A model generated the notes under the pieces. It was given only the letters and a program-made list of their open reading frames with translations, had not been told where the DNA came from and made no database searches. This document shows, one piece after another, positions 26,601 to 36,356 of a stretch of 64,000 nucleotides of DNA. The position numbers and the translations under genes were made by a program. Position 1 is the stretch's first letter. Every line of letters begins with the position of its first letter. The DNA is from Paraspadella gotoi (taxonomy: Eukaryota; Animalia; Chaetognatha), in NCBI GenBank assembly GCA_051294375.1, contig CM119269.1:1194537-1258536 (forward strand), written 5' to 3'.

Positions 26601-26714
26601 ACCTGTAACCACTACACTTGAAGCATAGTAAGGTGGACAGCAGAAATTTCATACAGCCTCGCTACCCACCTGTAACCACTACACTATGAAGCCATAGTAA
26701 GGTGGACAGCAGAA
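23685..26714 (+). repeat. Tandem array of a 70-bp unit (~43 full copies + 1 partial) built from the left terminus of the element
   Basis: Consensus cactatgaagccatagtaaggtggacagcagaaaatttcatacagcctcgctacccacctgtaaccacta. I counted 44 unit starts between 23685 and 26682; variation is mostly 1-nt indels. Confidence 0.97.
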
Positions 26715-27554
26715 TTCGCGCTATTCTAATGCATTAAGCCACCAACCCACCCCACCTCCAATAATTTGTTTTGATTTTATCTATTAGCAAAAAAGCTTTA
26801 TCCTTGGAACTTGTTTGATTGAAAAGTAATTGCAGTATACCACTTCATTTTGCTTGAAGTATCTTCAATTCTATTATGGTTTAATGTTAGAATGCATATC
26901 TAATAATATGTCATCTCTATAACATGTAAGTTTCCTAAGATTTTTTTTTATTCTTCATTTCTTAAAAAATATAATACACAATATGCCAAGATTAGAGTTA
27001 TAAATACTCAAAGGTTTTTTTAAATAATGCAAAATACAGTCAGAGAAAATTTTTTATTTACAAACGTTAAAAATTATTAAAGAAAGGATAATTACTAAAA
27101 AATTGTAAAATTTCCATTGTAAACAATTGTAACATTTTTTTTCCTTTCTTTTATTTCTTTAAATTATATAAAATTTTTCTTCTTATTTTTTGTCAGTTGC
27201 TGCTTTTCTAAACCCTTTAAAACAAGTTCAGGCTCTGCAGTGACTGTTCAGCTGCCTTCAGCGGCTGTCCAGCTATTCTGTTTCTGTCTGTCTTTCTTTC
27301 TGTCTCTCTCTCTCTGTACGTCTCTTGCGTGATCGTTTTTTAAAAAAAAAATTGAATATTTTTTCCTTTTAAAAACTTTTATTATCGCCATTTATTTCGC
27401 GATTTTTCTCAATGCAAAATCCCAAATTCACATCCGAGATTTTCGTGGATTTATTCACTTTCTTTCTCTCTCTCTTCAATCTCTCTCTCTCTTCTCTTAT
27501 CTTTCACTCAAACACGCATTTGCTTGTTTTTATTTATGATGATTGATTCATTGA

Positions 27555-27800
27555 GTCAATGAATGACTATCATCGCATCAATGAATGACTATCATCTTAT
27601 CAAATGAATGATTACTCATCACATCAAATGAATGACTATCATTGCACAACCATTTGGTTATTATCACATCAATCATTTGGTAATCATAAAATCGATCATT
27701 TGGTTATCATCGCATCAATTATTGGTTATCATCGCATCAATATTCGGTTATCTCGCATCAATCATTTGGTTTATCATCGCACCAATATTTGGTTATCATG
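27555..27800. repeat. Degenerate ~22-bp minisatellite inside the RSS-like element
   Basis: Units like atcatcgcatcaat(g/c)a(a/t)t(g/t)g(ac/gt)t repeated ~10 times. Confidence 0.8.
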
Positions 27801-27829
27801 AAGGAGGCTCGATCCTATTCTTTAAGATT

Positions 27830-27860
<31 letters not shown>

Positions 27861-28017
27861 TTTTCTCTCTCTTTCTCTCTTTCTTTCTCTTATGATTATT
27901 CCCAAAAGCAGAGGCTTATAAAGTTTCGAATCTCTCTCTCTCCTTCTCTCTCTCTCTCTCTCTCTTTTTTTTTTTTTTTTTTCTCTCTCTCTCTCTTTCT
28001 CTCCTTCTTCTCTTTTT

Positions 28018-28055
<38 letters not shown>

Positions 28056-28768
28056 TTCTCTTCTGATTAGTCAAAAACGAGCAGCGGCTGATAGTTACGC
28101 ATCTCTTATTCTCTCTCTCTCTCTTTCTCTCTCTCTCTATCTCTCTCTCTCTCTACTTTTTCTCTCCTCGTTTTCTCTCTCTCTCTCTTTCGTCGCCTTC
28201 CGCACTTCTTAGTTAATTTATATAGAAAATAAAAAATTTCGGATTTACATAAACTAGTCTACTTGCAAGTTCAGATTTCTTTCTTAATACGAAAAACGCA
28301 AAAAACCGCAACAGGGGGTTATGTCCAGACACCACCCCAGCCAGTTGAATGCCTTTTTGAAGTTAAATTTCGATGATCCCTAAATATCCGACAACTTAAA
28401 GCTGAACTTAAGGAAAATCCTGGAGGCTCATTCATTCTAAATCACTTGCCAACTTAATGCCACTGTATTGCAACTTTCATTCTACAAATTAATAAAAAAT
28501 AATATGTCAAAAGAACCTTAGCGAAAGAGCTGTTTGCATTGATTATAAACAATATATAGTTTTTAATAAAATTAGTTATTTTCTGACGTGATATAAGTGT
28601 GGTAACTAAACCAGCAATCAAAAATTCAATTTGCCATCGCAAAGACCGCATGAAAATAATAATTCCGTACTAAGACAAAAAACCGACATAACGTTTAAGA
28701 GAAATGCAAAGGAATTTAAAGACAAGATATTTGGTCCAAAAATCAATAGAAATCGCTAAAGTGATGAC

Positions 28769-28799
28769 ATGACTTTTTCCACGGTGTGGATACACTGTG
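28769..28799 (-). other. 12-RSS-like terminal signal: CACAGTG-TATCCACACCGT-GGAAAAAGT(CAT)
   Basis: Perfect heptamer, 12-bp spacer, and a nonamer with the AAAAA core at positions 3-7 (5/9 vs ACAAAAACC). Confidence 0.65.
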
Positions 28800-29063
28800 C
28801 CCCCCCCACACGCCCTTCCGACATCCACTCCCCCCTTTCTCCCTTTCTCACTAGACCCTAATGGTCATAACACAAATTTCGTTTATCTCCCTTTGTTGTC
28901 GCATCGCCAGGGAGTTATTCTTCTTCTTCTCTTTTCTCTTTTCCTTCGGTTTTTGGCGTTCGTTCGTTTTGGGTAAACAGAGGAAGGGGGCGTCAGCGGA
29001 GGACGACGCCTCGACGACTTTTTCTGACGTCACGCCAGATGAAGTCGGTAAAGCGGAGCAGGG

Positions 29064-29095
<32 letters not shown>

Positions 29096-29439
29096 GGTCG
29101 TTGACGCGAGGAGCCTGTCACACCCTGCTAAGGATTTGTCCTTCGCTAGAATAAAATGTCGAGAGTTGCTGAAAAATTTCTAACTCAAATTGCAAGTTTT
29201 TAGCTAAAATATAACTTATACATAATTTTTTTAAAATTCGTATTCTGACCTTGTCGTTTTAACTAACAAACTTAATACAGACAAATTGCAAAGTGACAAA
29301 ACGTGCGCGCCGTCGCGAGACTTACCACGCCTCTTTCGCCTCCCGGCCAAATTCGAGGGCAAAACGATTTTCGCCACAAATCGTTAGCGACGATTCAATT
29401 ATTCAGAACCGAGTGGAAATCCGTCGGAGATAAAACGGC

Positions 29440-29920
29440 GAGATTCCATGGTAGAAGAGGAAAGTGGAACGAGAAAAAGGGAAAAGAGGAAAAATGGGGA
29501 AAAGAAATTATGGAAAGAAGGAAAATGGAAACAGGGAAAGAGGAAAGAAAGAAAAGAGGTAAAAGGGAAAAGAGGAAAACAAAAAGAGAAAATAGAGAGA
29601 CGAAAAGAAAAAGAAAAAAGGGAAAGAGAAAATATGGATACAGGAAAAAGAAAAAGGGAAAAAAGAGAAAAAGAAAATGGAAAGAGGAAACGGAAACACG
29701 GGAAGAGGAAAGAAAGAAAGAGGTAAAATGGAAAGAAAACAAAAAGAGGAAGATAGAGAGACGAAAAGAAAAGAGGAAAAGGAAAAGAGAATATGGAAAG
29801 AGGAAAGAAAAAGAGAAAAAGGGAAAAAGAAAATATGGAAAGAGGAAAGTAAAAACAAGTAAAATAGGATCGGGTAAAAAGAAAAGAAAAATAGAAAAAA
29901 AAGAAGAGAAAAAATTTGAG
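29440..29920. repeat. Purine-rich low-complexity/degenerate repeat tract; mirror ~49400-49890
   Basis: Recurrent aaatatggaaagaggaaa and aaaaagaggaaaa units. Confidence 0.8.
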
Positions 29921-30035
29921 TGAGAGAACAGAGCGAGACAGAAGAAGCGGTTATCGTCAGCAGTTAATGCCGACTCAACGACACAAAAACCCGGGTCAAA
30001 GACGCTGCCACGGTCGACGAGGCGGAGAGAGAGAA

Positions 30036-30069
<34 letters not shown>

Positions 30070-31352
30070 AGAGGAGAGAGAGAGAGGAGAGAGCGGAGGA
30101 AAAAACTAAGCTGAAAGCATGCAAAGGCTAGAGGAATGCTTTGGCGGTCGAATGTTTCATTTGGTTTCCTGTGGTCTTTATCTCGAGATCACGAAAAGCT
30201 GAAATCCTTTTCCTCAGCTGAAAGGAAGCTTAAGAAAGAACAAGGAAAAAACAGAAAAAAAAAGGAAAGAAAAATATAAAAAAAAAGATGTGAAAAAAGA
30301 AAAATGTCGGATTGTGGAGAGAATAAGCATCGTAACAAGGAAAAATAAAAGTGATAAAAGAAAGGAATGCATTACTTTCTAGTGAAAGAAGTAAAAAAAG
30401 GTTCGATCATTAATGTTTAATCATTAAGTTTTAGAAAAATGAAAAGACAAGGAAATTATGCGAGTTATGGAGTGTGGAAAAAAAAGTTGATTAAAAAAAT
30501 TAAAAAAAGGGGAAAAAAAGAGCAGCGGCGATTTGAAAGGAACGAGGAGAAAGACAAAGAGTGGATTAACTGGAACCGATTGGAGCATCCACACACAATC
30601 CACCATAGCAGTTTAAAAGGACAGAGAGAGAGACAGTTAACTTTCCCGGTTGTTTTTTTTTTTTGTCTAGTTGCTCTCTACCCTTTTTTTTAAATTTTTT
30701 TATTTTTAATATTTTCCCTGCGACCATTGTTACCTCGCAAAAATGTACAAATTTAGTTTGATGACAATACGACAGGTTTATTAATAATAAAAAAATAACA
30801 AATATATTTTGGCAATGGTGTTTGCCTTCATCGGCGCAAATCAGTTTTTTGAATTTTTGTTTATTGTGTTTTTTTATGTCTACAAATATTGTTTATAATT
30901 TAAAAAAATCTACTGAAATACTGATATACATTTTTCTTCTTTCGTTCACATAGATCTGTTTATAGTCTTGACCGATTTTCTTAATATCTCATGTCAAAAA
31001 AGAAAATGGCCGAAAGAAAAAAAAGGATGACACGAAATAAATGCGTCTTCTGACTCGTTCTGACCTTGGAAAATAATTAAAAACCATCAAGTTTTGTTTT
31101 CTGAAAGAAAAAAAATTCATACATAACACAAAATCTAGAGCGGAGAAAAAAATAATCTTAAAAAATCGAGAAAAAAAGGAGAAAAGGAGGGAAGAAAAAA
31201 AGAGGAGGAGGAGGAGGAAGAGGAGGAGAGTTTTGCTTGTCGCAGGAAATTTTGGTCAGTGTTTGAGTCTCGGTCATTTCGAGTTCGTTTTTGTCGGCTA
31301 AATCTTCTTTTTGACTCAGAAAGCATCGTAAGAGGACATGGGAGCTCTTTCG

Positions 31353-31408
<56 letters not shown>

Positions 31409-31411
31409 GAT

Positions 31412-31958
31412 ATATAGTCTCCTACCCTCGATGTTGATTGTCCTTAATCGACCTTGAAGGAAGCCAATAGGATCCTCCTCTTTCCTCCTTCGTTTCTAAT
31501 TACCTGCGACTCCCACTCGATCTGGAGTCGGGCCTATAAGCATGACACCATCGGTCGTAACCCACTGGCTCATTGAGTAAAAGCCATCAGTCTCATGGCC
31601 CCGAGGTAACCGGTTCATTCACAACCCTGTATCACTCTGTGTGAAGCCTGAGACCGCAATAAACCCCCTTAGGGGTGTGGAAAACCCTAAAGCTTTGTCC
31701 AAGCTCAGGACCCATTCCATGGCTGTAACAGGGGGTTCAGAAGCTGCTGATAGCGCTTTACAGCTCTTTACAGGTCAGTCACTCATGGGCTCGAGACAAA
31801 CCGTGAAGGTGGAGGGGAAGAGGAGGATTTTCCTCTTCCTTCTCACACCGCTCACTCTATATAGTACTCACGAAGGGAGAAGAGAGACGAGAGAAAGTCG
31901 AGGGTACAGGAGGCGAAGCGGTTTGCCTTCTCGAGGGCTTCCGCTCCACCGACTATAG
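31412..31958. other. ~545-bp GC-balanced element with nested imperfect inverted repeats (fold-back/MITE-like or structured RNA); mirror ~47312-47860
   Basis: Nested pairs tatagtc/gactata, taccctcga/tcgagggta, atcctcctc/gaggaggat, plus local hairpins (gactcc..ggagtc). Flanked by CT microsatellites. Confidence 0.5.
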
Positions 31959-32107
31959 ACATGCTCTCTTTCTTTCTTTCTGTTTTCTTTCTAACTTTCT
32001 CCCCCACTCTCCTTTCTTTTCTTTTTTCTCATTTACCAGCCATTTCTCCACTCTCTCGTTCGCACTCATCATTAGGCTTCATCAAAATTCATTGTGAAGG
32101 AGAGAAA

Positions 32108-32169
<62 letters not shown>

Positions 32170-32173
32170 AAGA

Positions 32174-32205
<32 letters not shown>

Positions 32206-33065
32206 GAGAGAGGAGAGAGAGAGAGAGAGAGAGGACTCTGGTCAAGCCGAGGTCCTCCGCACGACGCGCCAGTGTCCGACTTTGTTTAGATCATTAGTCG
32301 AAACCTCCCGGACCCGTTACCAAATCTAGTCGGTTGTACTAAACGTTTCCTCCGTTGGTAACTGAATCAAAACAAACAAATTCGGAAAATTACGCAATCA
32401 CTGAATGATATGTATGTATCATTCAAGAAACGTTTCATTCTCCGAAGTCATTGTATTTCCGTACAGAAAAGTTCCCTTTTCTTTTTCTTTTTTTTTTCTC
32501 TCCTTTCTGAATGTTTATAATTTTTTTCTGTTTCCCCGCTTAAAATTTAGTTTTTTCTGTTTTAGTCGGCTCTGCTTACAGCTTATATCCACTTTGTCGG
32601 TCCGTCGGTCCGCCCCCTCAATCTTGTCGGGCATTCATTTATATCATGTCAGAACATCAAATTATGATAAATTATGCAATAAAAAATGATGTCCGTCCGT
32701 CCGTCTGTCCGTCGGTCCGTCCCCCTTAGCAAAAAACTCTAATTACTCGTGATTGGATGATGGATTAGAATGAAATTTTGTGTGTGGGTAGGAAAGTGTT
32801 TTATTAAGCTGGATATGAAGTTTCGATGGAATCGTGCGAGCGGAAATGCGTTTAAATGGAAAAAAACAAAAAAAATCTATTTCACTATTTGAACGCCAAT
32901 TACTCGTGAGTGGATGAAGCATTGAATTGAATTTTTTTATGTGGATAGGAAAGTGTCTGATTAAGCTAGAAATTTAGTTTTGATGGACTCGTTTGAGTGG
33001 AAATTAGTTTCCCCAATTGATTATGCTTCATTTTCTTTTTATATTAAATGTAAATGGCAAGATAT

Positions 33066-33434
33066 TGTCGGTAACGTGGTCTGTGGCCCTCAAAAGATGA
33101 CGGATAGAGAGCTGGATTATGCATAATCTGTCTAATTAGTTTTTGAAGTTACCTGAAATAATTGTAGATTGCCAAAGTTGTATTAGAAAATTAAACAGTG
33201 ATAAAATATTGCATCTAATCCCTTGAGATCTAAAAATGGAATGTAATAAAATCTCGGCCTCCCTCTCGTCTCTCTTCCTTTGTTTATTCTACTTAGACAA
33301 AATGTTTACAAAATAGGCGCTGAGTTCCTGGAATCTATGAAATATTAAACTTTTGGAACTGAGAAAATTTAGAGAGACAAAATTTGAACGAAAGTTAATT
33401 ACTAAATTGGAGGCTAATTAAAATATTACTAACA
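33066..33434 (-). repeat. 3' LTR
   Basis: tgtcggtaacgtgg...ttactaaca, followed on + by tctccccccc (PPT complement). Confidence 0.9.
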
Positions 33435-33999
33435 TCTCCCCCCCAAAACAAATTTTGTTAAATGGCAAAATAGATGAGTAAGCTAAACAGTGAGTACAAA
33501 TGATCACATGTAAGGCAGTAGTACAAATAATCTAATAGTTATAACAGTATTACAATTGATCACATATAGCTAAATTGGGGAAAAGTAAATTAAGACAAAA
33601 ATAAATCTGCGCTGCATCTAATATGAAAAAACGTAAGAAAAATAAAATTGTTTTGAAATAAGTCGAAACTGCCGGCCAAACAGTTCGGAACTAAAATGTA
33701 AAATTAATTATATATATATATATATTGAGAACCAATATGTAACCAACATCAAACAAACATTTCCACCCAAATATGGCAGTCATTCACGGCCCCAAAATCG
33801 TTCATTCATTCATCAATTTTCGATATTTTTTTCACAAATCAACGAAAAAAATTTTTACTCGATCTAATTTGTCCATTACATCAATCAAGGAAAACTCATT
33901 CTGCTCTTCCTTTTCCTAACCCCAAATGGTAAGTGTAACGGATCAGTTTATTATCCTCTTTAAAGGTGCGCCAAATTATAATTAAGTCATCAATTTCCA

Positions 34000-34800
34000 A
34001 AAGTATCAATCGTTTTTCATAATTTTAATTTAAATTCAAAACAGTGACGGCAACCTCAGTTTGCTGAGAGTGCAGAGAGCCGCAATGTCCTTTTAACGGT
34101 GTAAAAGGGTAAGAGACTCAGGACCTTAAGGTAAGATTCTTTTGCAAGTGCGGGTTTTTTGTAAAGTAAAATATAAATATTAATTTGGTAAGAAAATTTC
34201 GTTAACACTAAGGCAGGAAATTGTTTTTCGTTCAGTCTGCTCACCAACTCGGCTGGAAATATAAATCATGTTCCATTCCCATCACCAATCAAGGTGTTTT
34301 CGGCATTTGTCAGCCTGACCTTCTAATCTTTACTTGGTCGTTCTTGTTGCATTGTCAATTGTCTGTCTGGCATTGCTCATTGGCATTGTCGCCCTACAAT
34401 GTCGTCGTTGTGTCGGTTAAGAGAAAGTGCAAATTAATTCAGTGCCGAAACATGCAAAAATCAATTTGAGTCGAAATGAAAGAGTGCAAACAGATTCGTG
34501 CAAACAGGTTATTTTGAAGTAAAGGGTGCAAACAAATTATTGATTTCAGGGTCGTCAAGTTCCAAGTATCGTTTGTCGGTTCCTTGTACTTCTGCTCAAT
34601 CATCGCAACAAGAGTTAAGAACGTCCAGTTGCGCCTCAATGCTTGGAGGTTTAGGTTAGCAATTTTGAAAATGTCAATAATTCATTTATCTCAAATAAAT
34701 TTGTTCAACCTTTTCAAAGGTTGACTCGATCAACATTACATTTTCACATAATAAATTATGTTTATAATTCAGTTAAATTAGCATTGGATCTCCAGAAATC
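34000..34800 (-). pseudogene. Second, Cys-containing coding-like region downstream of integrase (env-position ORF?), frameshifted
   Basis: ORF 34439-34639 (..KEPTNDTWNLTTLKSIICLHP..) has N-x-T sequons and Cys, and lies between integrase and the 3' LTR. No family recognised. Confidence 0.25.
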
Positions 34801-34839
34801 GAAATAAAACGAGTGAGGCGACTTACGATCGATCGCTCT

Positions 34840-34889
<50 letters not shown>

Positions 34890-35129
34890 TCTCTCTCGCC
34901 TCACGAGTCTGTTGTTTACTTTCAAACGTCGCCGTAAGATGCTGTAATTAAAATGATTACTAAATATCGGTCATACGGCGAAGCATTTAGTTATAAATGT
35001 TTTCACTGATTCGATTTAGCATATTAATCCCCATTAATTTTAATTAATGACTTGCCTTAGCCCGTTCCCTTGAAATGAGAACGAATAAATTGACAAATAG
35101 CAGTAATATTTTAGTATTATCAGTAATAT

Positions 35130-36230
35130 TTTGTACTTTATACATCTCGGTTCCCACTCTCTCCAAAACTTCATCGCGTGTTTCCGGGTTACCTGGAATG
35201 TTTCCCGCTTACGAGACGGCAAGGACTCATGTTTATGAGAGTTCGACTTTCTTCAAATGTCGGACCACTTTCGTAGTCGGGTTCTTTATCTAACATTTCA
35301 AAATTTGAATCAGACAGATTTAATTTAATCGTTCCGAGTACAGTTGATGTCTACTGACGTACGTACTTTGTTGTAACTTGTACTCCAGTTTTCTTTAAAT
35401 AGTTCGATCGATCTTTCGTTGAGTCACTCATTTACCATCGATCGAAACGCAATCCCAAATTCCATGAGATTCAAATATCTTTAAAAAGGCATGAGCGACA
35501 TCTTCAGCCGAAGTAGATTTTATCGGTATTAAGAAAGATTCTCTACTGTAAGAATATATATTTATACCCTTTCGAGTTTGCTATCGGACCCAGCAAATCG
35601 CAAAGAAAGTATTTGTCTCGGTGCAAACGGCATTTTAGTCGATGGTTTCTCCTTCACCGTCGTTTTATGTTGTAAACTCACACAAATATGACAGTTTCTG
35701 ATTTCGTCCGTAATTCGTCGTCGCATTTCAGGCGTAAAAGTACATTGTCGATATAATTTAAAAACGGTATTGTAGTTACAATGTCCCATAATCGTGGTGT
35801 ACTTTCTCGGCCATTTTCGATCAGCTGCTTAGTATCTAATAGTATTGATTTATCTACATTTCGTTTTCCTTTACAAATAATCAAAAAATAATTTTCTGGC
35901 TATTTATTTTAAAAAAGCGAGATGTGTCGTAATATCGTTAAGTCATGTGACTCTAATTGTAGAGCGTCGCTTTTCCGAGTTTCGTTATTTATGATCCAAG
36001 ATTTCCACTTTTGTATTTCGGTCGAATCGTTTTTAAAATTTGAGAATTCTTTCGCTCCCTATTTGCGAAAGCTTCGGCAATTATATTTTCGAAATCGTTT
36101 TCTTTTGTTCAAGTTTCGATTTATTTGCTAATAAATCATCGGTCGATGTTACGTTTATCGTACATTTTTCTTTCGTATTATTTAGTTTGAGATATACAAT
36201 TACAGCAGCAGGAGCAATGCTCCGATTACA
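35130..36230 (-). pseudogene. Retroviral-type integrase (HHCC zinc finger + DDE core), frameshifted
   Basis: ORF 35562-35789: MGHCNYNTVFKLYRQCTFTPEMRRRITDEIRNCHIC..PFAPRQILSL(D)FAG, i.e. H..CxxC followed by the first catalytic Asp region. An ERLN-like third acidic motif appears downstream in another frame. Confidence 0.7.
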
Positions 36231-36274
36231 ATTAAACAATTACAATTAAATTACAATTAAAACAATTACAATTA

Positions 36275-36356
36275 AACCTCTCGCAGACCTTTACCTTTGA
36301 ATACCTCTCGCAACAACCTTTGACCTTTGGATACCTCTCGCAACCTTTGACCTTTG
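36275..36356. repeat. ~27-30-bp tandem repeat x3 within the LTR element
   Basis: acctctcgcaacctttgacctttg(g/a)at units. Confidence 0.8.

Larger units (their letters stand above)
23685..28799. mobile_element. Non-autonomous DNA transposon with RSS-like asymmetric ends (Transib/RAG-like candidate)
   Basis: Starts CACTATG (23685) and ends CACTGTG (28793-28799, CACAGTG on the minus strand). Flanked by C9 and C8. The mirror arm has the empty site as one G10 run (50537-50546) joining both flanks. No long internal ORF. Confidence 0.75.

Noticed and set aside
23685-26714. CRISPR-like array (regular ~70-bp period, palindromic motif)
   Set aside because: The whole unit repeats with no unique spacers; no cas genes; eukaryotic context.
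23685-28799. True antigen-receptor V(D)J locus
   Set aside because: No Ig-domain or other variable coding segments next to the signals; heptamers sit at the element termini as in a transposon.
23685-28799. Plain CACTA/EnSpm element (left end starts CACTA)
   Set aside because: Not excluded but disfavoured: the right end is CACAGTG, the TIRs are bipartite with a 10-bp offset, and the target duplication appears longer than 2-3 bp. TSD length is uncertain inside a homopolymer.
31660-31700. Telomerase RNA template or telomeric seed (aaccctaa, ttagggg)
   Set aside because: Only 8 nt, mid-element, and no pseudoknot or H/ACA features that I could identify.
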